A DNA stretch of 64,000 nt from positions 1 through 64,000 of the forward strand of contig CAWFQL010000003.1 of the NCBI GenBank assembly GCA_963817915.1, read 5' to 3'. Origin of the DNA: an uncultured candidate division Zixibacteria bacterium. Lineage in GTDB: Bacteria; Zixibacteria; MSB-5A5; UBA10806. Shown here one piece after another: positions 52,588 through 63,849 of the stretch (the first letter of the stretch is position 1; each line of letters opens with the position of its first letter). A program made the translations under genes and the position numbers. Under the pieces are notes generated by a model. That model saw only the letters and a list, made by a program, of their open reading frames with translations, was not told where the DNA came from and made no database searches.

Positions 52588-53619
52588 ATGCGTTCAATAA
52601 AGATGATTATCCTAAGCATAATTTTGATAGCAGCCGCGATCGCGCCAACCGCATCCGCCGATAGCGGTTATTACAAGATTCTTTTCAATACCATCGCTCC
52701 CAATGACTCTTTATATGTGGTATCATTGGATACGCGCGATAATTCCTACCATATCAATATGGGACCCAATAAATATGTCGCGATTGTCGAGACTGCGATT
52801 AACGCCATCACAGTATATGACAATCAGCAGGCATCATTGATATATATCTTCAGAGATATGAACGATATCTCAGTAAATATGGAAACCAATGAAAAAACGC
52901 CTCATATCATGACCTGCCTCAAAGGTACGCCTCGATATTCAATAGCCAAAGTGATCTGGCTCGATTACGAAAACAAGCACCCCAAACATGTATTTTTCGA
53001 ATCAATGAATAATAAAAATGAAAACTACTCGCTCTATACACGGGATGGAAGCGACTTTTTCGATTTCAACGGGCAGGTATGGGAAGCCGTAATGCAAAAT
53101 AAAATTCTCACATTGAAATGGGGCTTGCTGGCTGAGCAAACCGTGAAGAGTATTACCGATGAAAAAGCCACTACAATTTATCAAGACCTCCGCAACGGCC
53201 AGGTGACAGTGAAGGATTTCGGCACCGATAATATCTTCTATGAAATGCTCCTGATATACTATGAGCATCGTGCCTCCATTCATCTCAACGGTAGCAGTCA
53301 AACCGAATGTTTCGATGCCTATTACAAAAACGATGGTACTGCCGGGCGTGTCTGCTACGATGACGGCATTTATTATTTCACTCTATTGGATAAAGATTAC
53401 TCGGCGCAGGTCATTAATAAATCTCAGGTTGAAGTTTACCTTAATGGTATCGTTTCGCTTTTGGCGAGAGATATCACACCCAAAAATATCGATATCGATT
53501 TTATGAATTCAGTCAGCGGCTCGGTCGAGGAAACTCGTCATTGGGATAATACTACGATCGGATATGACCTTTTCAAAGCCGTACTTAAACACGAAAAATC
53601 ATTATCATCGAAAAGATAG
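52588..53619 (+). CDS. Hypothetical secreted protein
   Basis: Signal peptide after an AGGAGG RBS; terminator at about 53667-53697. Confidence 0.7.
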   Translation: MRSIKMIILSIILIAAAIAPTASADSGYYKILFNTIAPNDSLYVVSLDTRDNSYHINMGPNKYVAIVETAINAITVYDNQQASLIYIFRDMNDISVNMETNEKTPHIMTCLKGTPRYSIAKVIWLDYENKHPKHVFFESMNNKNENYSLYTRDGSDFFDFNGQVWEAVMQNKILTLKWGLLAEQTVKSITDEKATTIYQDLRNGQVTVKDFGTDNIFYEMLLIYYEHRASIHLNGSSQTECFDAYYKNDGTAGRVCYDDGIYYFTLLDKDYSAQVINKSQVEVYLNGIVSLLARDITPKNIDIDFMNSVSGSVEETRHWDNTTIGYDLFKAVLKHEKSLSSKR

Positions 53620-53838
53620 CGCTACGAAATGCGATTTTATTGCCAATGTCTTAATCCCCCTTTTGGGCTGACATCAACCGATGTCAGCCTTTTTTATTTG
53701 CCTTAAGTGGAATAAAATTATTTCATCGTTGTATAACAAATAGACGGACAATTTTTAGAGGGAGTAGGAAGTAGAGAAAGATCAAGCCGGCTTGTTGTAG
53801 AAGACTGTTACCCAAAATCAAAATCGGGGAGGACGAGT

Positions 53839-55757
53839 ATGAAACTGGTCAAGAGATTGATAGTTCTCATAACCGCATTCTGCGCGATTGCGGCTATCGA
53901 AATTAATGCCGGAACTACCGGTACAATTTGTGGTAAGGTTTGTGACAAAGCCACCGGAGAGCCCATTCCCGGCGCGAGCGTCATAATAAAAGGCACTTCT
54001 ATGGGATGCGCGGCCGCTTTCGATGGAACATTCACTATTATTAATATCAATCCGGGAGTATATTCCTTAATTGCTCAGACTATCGGCTATGATAAATTGA
54101 CAATCGATAGCGTTGTGGTCAAAGCGGATTCGATTACAATCATTGATTTTGTTTTGGAATCAAGTATTTCACGATTGACAACGTCATTGTTACCGCCGAA
54201 AGAAAATTAATTGATAAGGGCATTATTTCGATTCATGCTCGCGGGGGACGGGCAGGAGAAATTGCCTATCTGGTCGATGGAGTAGCAATTCCTGATTGTT
54301 TTAGCGGAGTCATAGTCGAAAACTTCAATACCGAAAATTACGATAGAATCTACGAAAATGAATTCAAGGATCCCAGGCAGGACCCGCTATCGACATTCAG
54401 TGTCGATGTGGATAAGGCATCCTATAGCAATGTCAGACGGTTCATCAATGACGGTATGCTTCCTCCGCCCGACGCGGTCAGAATTGAAGAATTGATAAAT
54501 TATTTTACATACGATTATCCCCAGCCGAGTGACGGCATACCATTCTCCGTGACTACCGAAATTTCCTCATGCCCCTGGAATAACAATCATCTCCTGGCGC
54601 ATATCGGACTGAAGGGAAAAGAAATCAAAACTGACAATCTGCCCCCAAGCAACCTCGTATTCCTGATTGATGTATCGGGTTCAATGGAAGATCCCGATAA
54701 GCTGCCATTGCTAAAGTCGGCATTCAAATTACTGGTAGGCAATTTAAGAGATAATGATCGTATCGCAATTGTCACATACGCATCGAATACCGGAATTGTC
54801 CTGGAACCGACATCGGGTAGCCAAAAGAATATCATTCTCCGCGCTCTCGATAATCTTGAATCCGGAGGCTGTACCGCGGGAGGCGCCGGATTGACTCTGG
54901 CCTATAAGGCCGCCGAAAAGTATTATCTTAAGAACGGCAACAACCGAATTATTCTGGCTACCGATGGCGACTTCAATATCGGACCATCCAGCGATGGCGA
55001 GATGGTCAGGCTTATAGAGAAAAATCGAGACAAGGGGATATTCATCACGGTTCTCGGCTTCGGAATGGGTAATCTAAAAGATTCGAGAATGGAAAAGATC
55101 GCCGACAAGGGAAACGGCAATTACATGTATATCGATAATTTTCTCGAAGCCAAAAAAGCGCTCGTCAATGAAATGGGCGGTACCTTGTGCACTATCGCCA
55201 AGGATGTCAAGATACAGATCGAATTCAATCCCGCGAAAGTAAAATCATATAGGCTTGTCGGCTATGAAAATCGCATGCTCAATAAAGAAGATTTCAATGA
55301 TGACAAGAAAGACGCCGGCGAAATAGGCGCGGGACATTCAGTAACGGCTCTCTATGAAATAATCCCTGTTGGTGATGATTTCAAGACAGCCGATGTTGAC
55401 GATCTAAAATATCAAAAAGCCGAAATATCGCCCAACCCCAATTTTGCCGATGAACTTATGACATTGAAATTGCGCTACAAAGAACCCGATGGCGATAAAA
55501 GCAAATTGATCGAATGCACAGTCAGCGATAAGGCAGTCGATTTCCAAATGGCATCCGAGAATGTCCAATTCTCGGCCGCTGTCGCCGAATATGGCATGAT
55601 TCTTCGTGAATCAAAATTCATGGGGACTTCCTCGCTGGAAAATGTAATCAAAATCGCCGAGCAAGTCAAAGGCGAAGACAAGGAAGGATATCGCAGCGAA
55701 TTTATTCAACTCGCCAAGACCTGCCAGTCTCTACCTAAAAGGGTCAGCGAGCAATAA
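53839..55757 (+). CDS. YfbK-like vWA domain protein with N-terminal carboxypeptidase-regulatory-like domain; frameshift near 54170
   Basis: GKVCDKATGEPIPGASV, STFSVDVDKASY, VRIEELINYF, MIDAS DVSGS, ATDGDFN, GYENR. Confidence 0.85.
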
Positions 55758-57432
55758 TCGAATGGCTTAAGTCATAATGGCGGGAACGGAAATTTAAGTG
55801 AACGTCAAGTGAACAATTTAACGATTCACTAATCCCCAAAACCACGGTCCCGCCATTTTTATTTCCGATCATTATTTTTCCTCCTAACCGCATACGCTGT
55901 TTATCGCTAACAAGTCTTGTTGCTATTAATCCCCTGCTCATTAAAATCTTTTCCCTGGTTAAACATGATTGACAAAATTGAAATGTGTATTATCTTTGGT
56001 TTATAGAATAAAGCTCTCAATCCGAGAGCGGAAAAAGGAGTTCCTAATGAAAAAATTGTTATGGTTTAGCACTCTATTTGCATCGATGATATTTATTTTT
56101 CAACCCAACTCTTCGTTGGCGCAGTGGCCCACGGATCCCTCGGCAAATTTGCTGATCTGCGATCATTCAGGAGAGCAGACTATCCCCAAGGTCGCCGCGA
56201 TTTCCGATGGCGGATGCTATATAAGTTGGTGGGATAATTCCTCGGGACATTATTGTATGTATTTACAGAGGGTCAATGCCCTTGGCGAAATTCAATGGCA
56301 ATCCAACGGCCTCTTGATCAGTGATCATTCTCAGGATTCATGGCTCACCGATTACGATCTCGGTGTCGATAATTCCGATTATGCCATTATTGCGCTTAAC
56401 GATACTCGCGCCGGCGGTGATTGGGATATCTACGGCTACCGTATCAGCCCAGCCGGGGAATTTGCTTGGGGCGCCGATGGTATTGCCATATCTGATAATA
56501 CCGGATTCGAACCCGATCCGAGAGTAATTACGACTTCCAATGGTAATATTGTTTTCGGATGGCAGGAAGAGAACCTTGTTCATCTGCGCAAAATAACCCC
56601 TGCCGGAACCGATGTCTGGAATCCGGCAACAAAGACATTGACTACCCAATACGGCTATTCAATCGTAAGATTAGCCCCCGCCCTGAATGATGAATTTATC
56701 CTGCAAATGCTAAAGGCGACCGGCTCTGGTTATGCTCCCAAACATCTTTACGCATTCAAATTCGATTCGCTCGGCGTCGCGCTATGGGGCGATGCAGGTG
56801 TCGTGGTAACTTCGGCAGGCGGATTTGGTTTCCAAATGCGTCCGGATATTATTCCCGATGGCGCAGGCGGGGTTTATTCATATTGGTATGATTCTCGCAA
56901 TCAGGTCTTGCATTCCTTTGCCCAGCATATTTTAGCCAACGGTACTATGCGTTGGACTGCCAACGGTGTTCAACTTTCTACATCAGGCGCTGAAATCCAA
57001 GGCCAGCCGGCGATCGCGAGAGTAAATGGTACGGGAGAAATAATACTCGGTTACGAAACCGCGAATGTCGCTCAAACCCTAAATGGGTTGGGAGCGCAGA
57101 TGCTGGATTCGACTGGCGCTCGTCAATGGAGTAATACAGGAAGGATTTTGGTGCCGCTCGGCAATTCGGTAAGCATGATGGTCAATGCTTGCGAGGCCGA
57201 ATCCGGAGCGGTGATCTCCTGTCTTCAAACTCCGCCGGGTAACTTCGCTAATAGCCTGGTCAAAGCTATCAGGCTCGACAGAAATGGAAATCCTGTCTGG
57301 GACCCGCAATTCACGACAATGTCGTCAGTTGTAAGCTCCAAGGGATACTACAATGCCGCAAAAAATCCCATTGGCCAGGTATTCGGGACCTGGGCTGACA
57401 ACCGTAATAGCTCCTCTCCCGATATTTATGCG

Positions 57433-57989
57433 GTCGTAGACAGAACACCACGGCTTTAGCCGTGGATGAATGAGCCTTGAGGCGGTATATTATGGTGTAT
57501 GGAAGTAATCAAGTCATCCCACAGCATGTATTGTTTGCATTACCACGTGGTTTGGGTATGCAAATACCGCCGAAAGATCCTGAAGCCTGGTGTCTGTTCA
57601 TATATACGGAAGACTCTTCCGGGACTTCTTCGGGGAATGCCTGGGGTAACGATGGAGACAATTGGCTTTGATAATGATCATTTGCATATGCTGATGACGA
57701 TTCCGCCGAAGTATAGTATTTCGGATGTCATGGGCAGTTTAAAAAGCCAATTGGCGTCAAGAATGCGGAAGTTTTTTCCATGGCTGGCCAAAGTGTACTG
57801 GAACGAAAACATAGTCTGGTCACCGGGGTATTTTGTGAGTAGCGTCGGTCTGGATGAGCAGACAATCCGGAACTATGTGGAGTTTCAAGGACACCAGGAT
57901 TCAGGACAACTCCGTCAGGAGTTGTGAAAACCGCGAAGCGCAAGGCGTAAGCCATCAGTACCCCGGCTTTAGCCGGGGGTATCTATATT
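57433..57989 (+). mobile_element. IS200/IS605-family element carrying tnpA only
   Basis: Subterminal hairpins CCACGGC-TTTA-GCCGTGG (57448-57465) and CCCCGGC-TTTA-GCCGGGG (57961-57978); no clear target-site duplication. Confidence 0.88.
57499..57927 (+). CDS. tnpA: IS200 family Y1 transposase
   Basis: HYHVVWVCKYRRK, DHLHML (HUH), WSPGYFVSSVG, IRNYVEFQ. Confidence 0.95.
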   Translation: MEVIKSSHSMYCLHYHVVWVCKYRRKILKPGVCSYIRKTLPGLLRGMPGVTMETIGFDNDHLHMLMTIPPKYSISDVMGSLKSQLASRMRKFFPWLAKVYWNENIVWSPGYFVSSVGLDEQTIRNYVEFQGHQDSGQLRQEL

Positions 57990-58326
57990 CAGAATGTCAA
58001 CCCCGATGGCTCGCTGGGCGATATAGCGATAGGAATCGATGGGCCGGACGCGAATATTCCAAATCAGTTTGAGCTATCGCAAAATTATCCCAATCCATTC
58101 AACGCCTCGACTATGATTCGCTATTATCTGCCTAAAACATCGGATGTCAAAATCGGTATCTATGATCAGCTTGGCCGCTTGGTCGCCGAATTTTCATCCG
58201 CAAGCGAGAACGCCGGATATCACAGCGTCACATGGAATGCGTCAGAACTCGCGTCAGGAATTTACTTCTATAAAATAAATGCAGGTGATTATAGTGATAC
58301 CAAACGAATGGTGTTGCTGAAATAAA

Positions 58327-58437
58327 GTAGGGCGGAACCCCCGCGGTTCCGCCAAAATGCCGCAAAAAAAGTCCGAACCACTGGGGTTCGGACTACCATA
58401 AATATTTCCGTAGGGGCTCAAAATTTTGAGCCCCTAC
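58327..58437. repeat. GTAG-tailed REP doublet plus palindrome
   Basis: 58327-58396 and 58410-58437. Confidence 0.7.
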
Positions 58438-58440
58438 AAT

Positions 58441-58650
58441 TTATTCCTTCACTACTAGCACATGTATCGCCTTGACGATTAATTTAACATTATCGCCTTT
58501 TTTGAGTCCGAGCTCATCGAGCGAATCGACCGTCATTACAGAGCCCATAACTGATTTGGCGGGGATTTCGAGCTTGACCTGCCCCATGATATCGCCCTTT
58601 TTAATCTCAACCACTTTTCCAATTAATTGATTTCTCGCGCCGTATTTCAT
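58441..58650 (-). CDS. TOBE-domain molybdate-binding (Mop) protein
   Basis: MKYGARNQLIGKV...LGLKKGD..IVKA. Confidence 0.9.
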   Translation of the reverse strand: MKYGARNQLIGKVVEIKKGDIMGQVKLEIPAKSVMGSVMTVDSLDELGLKKGDNVKLIVKAIHVLVVKE

Positions 58651-58675
58651 AATGTCCTCCGTTTGAAATTTTATT

Positions 58676-58763
58676 GCGTGTCACAGTTTACTGTGACCGC
58701 AATCCATCTTGTCGCGGTCAAAGCTTATCCGCCGCTTGTCTGGCACGCAAGCATTGACTCGCG
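58676..58763. repeat. REP-like family F element
   Basis: GCGTGTCACAGTTTACTGTGACCGC..GCGGTCAAAGC, as at 23234 and 20131. Confidence 0.7.
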
Positions 58764-58789
58764 ACTAAATTATTTTGGTTTTATAATTT

Positions 58790-59497
58790 TTAGTCTATCA
58801 ATCTCGCAATGAAGAAAGCCGCGGCCGATGCCAATCCGCCGATAAGCATTGTCTGAAACGCACCTCGAAATGGGTTAAGCCCCGTGAATCTTCCCTTAAT
58901 ATAACCGAATACAAAGAGCGCCGTCAGTGTAACGCCGATAGAAACATATAGCGCGGTCGTCAAATTTCTGAGCACAATATATGATGCCAGCGGAACAAGA
59001 CCTCCGATGATATATGACATCGCGATAGTAAATGCGCTGCGAGCGGCGCGTTTGGGATCCGGCGCTTCGAGGCCGAGCTCGAAACGCATCATGAAATCAA
59101 CCCACCGTTTGGGCTCGGCGCAAATAGCTTCAACTACCGGAGCCATCTGTTCTTCATTCATGCCGTAGCCTCTGAAGACATCGGCGACTTCTTCGATTTC
59201 GCGATCGCGAAGTTTTTCGATTTCCAGGTATTCTCTGGCCTCCTCGGATTTATAATGCTCCATATCGGTCTTCGCGGCCAGATATCCGCCCAGCCCCATC
59301 GCTATCGATCCCGCCGCTATTTCAGCAAATCCCGCTGTTACAACAATCCCTGTCGGATTGGGACTGGCTGCCACCGCTCCGGTCAGGCCGGCCGCCAGAG
59401 CGAACGGCACAGTCAATCCATCGGACATCCCTATGACTATATCGCGAACAGTCGCGCTTGCCATAAAATGAGATTCAATATGTGGTGCCGCCGGCAT
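58790..59497 (-). CDS. VIT1/CCC1 family Fe/Mn transporter
   Basis: RDIVIGMSDGLTVPFAL, AEIAAGSIAMGLGGYL, FMMRFELGL. Confidence 0.92.
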   Translation of the reverse strand: MPAAPHIESHFMASATVRDIVIGMSDGLTVPFALAAGLTGAVAASPNPTGIVVTAGFAEIAAGSIAMGLGGYLAAKTDMEHYKSEEAREYLEIEKLRDREIEEVADVFRGYGMNEEQMAPVVEAICAEPKRWVDFMMRFELGLEAPDPKRAARSAFTIAMSYIIGGLVPLASYIVLRNLTTALYVSIGVTLTALFVFGYIKGRFTGLNPFRGAFQTMLIGGLASAAAFFIARLID

Positions 59498-59526
59498 GAT
59501 TCGCTCCTTTTATTCTTTATACAACA

Positions 59527-59599
59527 GTAGGACAGGAGTCGCAGACTCCTGCCAAAACCACGTTTCTACAATGGCAGGAGTGTTCCACTCCTGCCCTAC
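59527..59599. repeat. REPIN family A (reverse orientation)
   Basis: GTAG..ACTCCTGCC-spacer-GGCAGGAGTGTTCCACTCCTGCCCTAC. Confidence 0.85.
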
Positions 59600-59631
59600 A
59601 AAATTGTGCCGCATATACAGTATTTCTAATC

Positions 59632-61041
59632 TCATAATTTGGCCAACGCCTTCAATATCGCGTCCGTGATCGGATCGAAATGTTTCTTGACCAGATGGCC
59701 GCCGGGAAGCTGAATACAATCGACCATGGTCGTATCGAGGTCCTTATCCCTGCAGATTACGTCGTCGTCATCCGCTCCATAGAAGCAAAGAATTTTTATC
59801 CCTTTGAGCCTTTTAAATTCGGGCTTGGTAGGAGTCGATTTATCGCTGGGTGAATTACCGAACCAATTGGACACGTGGAATTCAAAATCTGCTTCATGCG
59901 CGGGGCCGATGAGTGCTATCAATTTTATTTTATCTTTTAAATCTGCCGGAAGACGATTTACCATGAATGGCAATACGTCGGCCCCCATAGAATAACCGAT
60001 TAATATTATTTTCTCCTTTTTCCAGGCTGTCGAATAATACGACAAAACCCTGCCCAGATCTAACGACGCCTCTTCAGGTGTCTTCTTATGCCAGAAATAT
60101 TTCAGCGAATTCCATCCGATAACAGAAATCCCGCTATCGGCCAGTGAATTCGAGATCCCCTTGTCGGTCACTCCCCAGCCGCCATCGCCTGTGATATGAA
60201 CTGCCATGACGTTTTTAGTCGTATCATCCGCGATCACCTCTACCAATGGCAGGTCTTTCACCGCGACATCTTCCACCGGTGGCGGTGTAATCTGCTGAGT
60301 GAATGTTACCTTCTTGTAGGCTTCCTTAAATTGCGGCATCCAATTTCGCTCGACTGAAAAACCATGCCCGACCTTGGGCAATTGAATGATCTCGCCGTTT
60401 TTCACCTGCCCTACAAATTTATCGGTTTCAGCGGGATCGCAGACTTGATCTATATCTCCCTGCAACGCTACCCATGGCACTTCCAGAGATTTCGCCGGCA
60501 AAAAACTGTACCCCTTCCCTTTGGGGCCGGCAGTCCATTCGAGACCAATACCGGGACAGAATTGCTTAGTCACCGGCAAGTCGGGGCAGAAACCCAGACT
60601 GATGGCGCCTTTGAATGTGTTAGTCGGAGCCTGGACAAGCGAGGCATATACTAAAGTCGCGCCCGATGAATACCCGACGAGGATCGGTGTCACATAATTT
60701 GGAAATTTGTAATTCTCCTGCACGAATTTACTCAATATCTCGAAATCCCCGGCCGGATATGAGCATTTCTCCGATGATTTATCGAGCTCGCCGAGATAAT
60801 GAGTGATATTAACTCCAACGACCATGGCGTCGAGCGATGACAGCGAACGAGCCATATCGACTACTCCAAGATTCCAGCCGCCATCGCCTGATACAAAAAG
60901 TACTAAATTCGACGGAGTGGGGTTATTGTAATAGGTATAAATATTGCCGAATCGTCCGAATTTCAATGTATCCTCGGTCGCGAGTGATAAATTGAATAAA
61001 ATAATCGTAGTTAGTGAAATCAGCAGACATATCTTTTTCAT
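59632..61041 (-). CDS. acvB: AcvB/VirJ family aminoacyl-phosphatidylglycerol hydrolase
   Basis: Two hydrolase modules: SGDGGW with GYSSG, and TGDGGW with GYSMGAD and LPGGH; start placed at MKKIC. Confidence 0.85.
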   Translation of the reverse strand: MKKICLLISLTTIILFNLSLATEDTLKFGRFGNIYTYYNNPTPSNLVLFVSGDGGWNLGVVDMARSLSSLDAMVVGVNITHYLGELDKSSEKCSYPAGDFEILSKFVQENYKFPNYVTPILVGYSSGATLVYASLVQAPTNTFKGAISLGFCPDLPVTKQFCPGIGLEWTAGPKGKGYSFLPAKSLEVPWVALQGDIDQVCDPAETDKFVGQVKNGEIIQLPKVGHGFSVERNWMPQFKEAYKKVTFTQQITPPPVEDVAVKDLPLVEVIADDTTKNVMAVHITGDGGWGVTDKGISNSLADSGISVIGWNSLKYFWHKKTPEEASLDLGRVLSYYSTAWKKEKIILIGYSMGADVLPFMVNRLPADLKDKIKLIALIGPAHEADFEFHVSNWFGNSPSDKSTPTKPEFKRLKGIKILCFYGADDDDVICRDKDLDTTMVDCIQLPGGHLVKKHFDPITDAILKALAKL

Positions 61042-61084
61042 TTTGGTCACGCCCCCGTATAAATTGAATTGCAAAAAATACAAA

Positions 61085-62140
61085 TCACACTTCTATTTTA
61101 CGCTTCAAAAGCTTCGATATCTCCAATCGAATATCTTTTAATTTCATCCCCGTCTCCGATATCGCCCATAACCCCAATATCCAAAGCGGAATTGTCAGAA
61201 TAATAAACACTACTATCGAAAAGCCGGTTGCAGTTGTTTTATCGATTCCGAAAATAGTCAATCCCACAACGCAGAAAAATTGATAGGAACCGATATTCGA
61301 TGGAGCGTTGGGGATGGCAGTCCCGAGATGCACAATCATCATCACCGCAGCCCCGGCCCATAGCGAGACTTCAAGACCATAAGCCCTCATTACCAGCCAG
61401 AACGCCAGGATTTGGAATATCAATACAAATGCCGAGGCTATCAATGCGAAATAAAAATCACTTTTTAGCCCTATCTGCTTGATACCCGCGGCGATTTTTG
61501 AAATAAACCCAATCGCTCTCTTTAATATTCCGGCCTTTCCAATGACTGCTGATTTGTTTTGTGCCAGCTCGCGTTGCTTTCTGAACACAAGGTAAATAAA
61601 AAGAATCACTGCCAAAATTACGACTATCCCCAAAATGTCGGCGGCCTTCAAGAGATTTTTCGGGAGCTCGACAAACAGCGCGGTCAATCCGATTCCAAAT
61701 GCCAGCCAGATTCCGTCATGAAACCGCTCGATCACCATCGATGGCACAATCGAAAGTATGTCCTTTGACATCCAGCGCGAAACCAGATAGGCACGGACGA
61801 GCTCGCCTGCCCGCAATGGTATTATCTCATTAGTAAAAAGTCCGGCATAGATCGCCTGAGTTGTTTTGATTGTTGATATTTCCCCGAGTGGTTTCATTAA
61901 AATCCGCCATCGAAGTCCCTGGCTCAAATAGCTGAAAATATCAAAAAACACAGCCAGTATTATCAAGCTCCATTGGATATTCGGTATCTGAGAAAATAAC
62001 CGTTCAACATGAATATCATGAAAAACCCACACCAGACATGCGGCGGCGAAAAGATATCCTAATATCTGTTTTAGACGATAATTTTTGGATGATGAAGGCC
62101 TATCTCTATCAATGGCGGAGGATGATTCGTCATTTTTCAT
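61085..62140 (-). CDS. Lysylphosphatidylglycerol synthase TM-domain (flippase-like) protein
   Basis: LRWRILM, NEIIPLRAGELVRAY, ERFHD, IPNAPSNIGSYQF. Confidence 0.8.
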   Translation of the reverse strand: MKNDESSSAIDRDRPSSSKNYRLKQILGYLFAAACLVWVFHDIHVERLFSQIPNIQWSLIILAVFFDIFSYLSQGLRWRILMKPLGEISTIKTTQAIYAGLFTNEIIPLRAGELVRAYLVSRWMSKDILSIVPSMVIERFHDGIWLAFGIGLTALFVELPKNLLKAADILGIVVILAVILFIYLVFRKQRELAQNKSAVIGKAGILKRAIGFISKIAAGIKQIGLKSDFYFALIASAFVLIFQILAFWLVMRAYGLEVSLWAGAAVMMIVHLGTAIPNAPSNIGSYQFFCVVGLTIFGIDKTTATGFSIVVFIILTIPLWILGLWAISETGMKLKDIRLEISKLLKRKIEV

Positions 62141-62154
62141 TATATAAATTTCGT

Positions 62155-63849
62155 TTAATTCCGGTTCTTTTTTACGATTCGTAGTATCAACGGAACACCG
62201 ATCGGTTTTTTGACTTCGGATAATTCCCGAAGAGCAATCGCCAGTCTCGTCAAGTCGAGATAGCCTCTATAAATCGAATAACGCGGCTCCCAGGTATTAG
62301 CGAATTTAGCCTTATAATTCAGAAGCCCCTTGTAGCTGAAAAGGAAGTTCAGATGCTGGAAGAAATAATGAATAGCCTTTTCCTCAGGAGATGCTTGCTC
62401 ATTTTCCCTGAAACCAGACATCGGAGCCATGCCGAGATTGAAACGTTCATACCCCTGTTCTTTCGAATGAAGAAAAAGCTTTATGAAAAGATAATCCATA
62501 ATGCCGTTGGGTGATGATTTCCTGCGTCGCATGAGATCATTCGTCACTTCTCCTTTGAGGTAAGAAGGTATCAGATTTACAAACCCCTGAATCTTACCGT
62601 CAATATCTTCCGCTGTCAAAACCGGTGTCGAGCGGATATATTCGGTTTCGAACATTCCCAATGTGAAGTGCCGCTCCCGACGACCTGAAATCTGAAGCCA
62701 TTCATCGGAGACTTCTTTAACTCTGGCGATTATCTCGTCCGGCACAGGTGGCTGATAGAAATGAGAGTGTATCCCGGCTTCTTCCATTTTTCGAACCGTG
62801 TGACGAATTTCTTTCTTAGCTTTTTCCAATGTAAATTGCTTGAGGTCCACTATGCCGTCATCGCCGATTTTGATCTTCCTGAATCCGAGCTTTTCGAAGA
62901 TCGGAAGATAATCCGGCAGGGTTTGATGAAAGCATGTTCCCCAATCATTCTCCTGACAATAAGTTGAAAAACCGCGAATAATCTCTTCGATCTCATCCTC
63001 CGGCCCCACGGGATCGCCCAATGCTATGGCAAAATTATTGGCCACTCCATAAGCGACTACACTCTTCTGGGATTTTGAAAAATAATATGATTTATCCGGC
63101 CAGAATTTGAAATAGTCCATCGATGATCGGCCATATTGTTCAACAATCGTTCTTGTTTGCGAAATTTCATTCGGCAGAGTCCTGAATCTATAAATGACGG
63201 GCCGAAACAACGCATACAAAGAATAAATAATCGTAATAGAAGATAAGAAATAAAGCGAATCGAGAAACCATTTGGCGTAACGAGTCCGGGGAATTAGAGT
63301 AGAATCGCCGATCCATGTCAGATATAGAAATGTTTCCTTAATCGCCTCGCCGATATGGAAATTAATCTCAAAATGATTTTTATCCAAAAACCAGAATGCC
63401 GCAATGCCATATCCAAATGCCAGTAAGACCGCGATTCCAAACCTCGCCAGCCCCCAGCGAATATCCGGTATGCTGCTTTTGACAACAAAACTTTTTCTGG
63501 CGAGAATCAATACCAGCAAAAGCACAAGCGAAACCGAAGCCTCTTCGTAGTCAAGACCTTTGGTGAGATGAAATATGATCGAAAAGATCGATAAAATCAA
63601 TACTGTCAAAAATGCGCGTTTCTTTCGACGGTAAATATTTATCGCCGAAACCACCAGCGCCATTCCAATTGCCATTGTCAGGAATTTCGAAAGATGTATG
63701 AATTCCAGCGCGAAAAACTCTTTCAATATTGCATGCCGTTCCGGCAGGCTGGGGCCGATTAATGAAATGAAGTTGATCAGCCCGCTTCCCAGAGTAAATA
63801 GGGCAACGAGCTTTACCAGGATCATGCTTGGCTTAAGTTCTATTTTCAT
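62155..63849 (-). CDS. mprF: Aminoacyl-phosphatidylglycerol synthase (MprF C-terminal/DUF2156 domain plus TM segments)
   Basis: HLTKGLDYEEA, DKSYYFS, LGDPVG, DLMRR, NLGMAPMSG, KAKF..WEPRY. Confidence 0.85.
   Translation of the reverse strand: MKIELKPSMILVKLVALFTLGSGLINFISLIGPSLPERHAILKEFFALEFIHLSKFLTMAIGMALVVSAINIYRRKKRAFLTVLILSIFSIIFHLTKGLDYEEASVSLVLLLVLILARKSFVVKSSIPDIRWGLARFGIAVLLAFGYGIAAFWFLDKNHFEINFHIGEAIKETFLYLTWIGDSTLIPRTRYAKWFLDSLYFLSSITIIYSLYALFRPVIYRFRTLPNEISQTRTIVEQYGRSSMDYFKFWPDKSYYFSKSQKSVVAYGVANNFAIALGDPVGPEDEIEEIIRGFSTYCQENDWGTCFHQTLPDYLPIFEKLGFRKIKIGDDGIVDLKQFTLEKAKKEIRHTVRKMEEAGIHSHFYQPPVPDEIIARVKEVSDEWLQISGRRERHFTLGMFETEYIRSTPVLTAEDIDGKIQGFVNLIPSYLKGEVTNDLMRRRKSSPNGIMDYLFIKLFLHSKEQGYERFNLGMAPMSGFRENEQASPEEKAIHYFFQHLNFLFSYKGLLNYKAKFANTWEPRYSIYRGYLDLTRLAIALRELSEVKKPIGVPLILRIVKKNRN

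Larger units (their letters stand above)
56047..58325 (+). pseudogene. Secreted protein with sorting domain, interrupted by an IS200-like element
   Basis: Removing about 57433-57989 restores ...SSPDIYA|QNVNPDGSLG...FELSQNYPNPFN...LLK. Confidence 0.85.

Noticed and set aside
57433..57989. TnpB/OMEGA system or IStron
   Set aside because: The element holds only tnpA and leaves no room for tnpB or a group I intron
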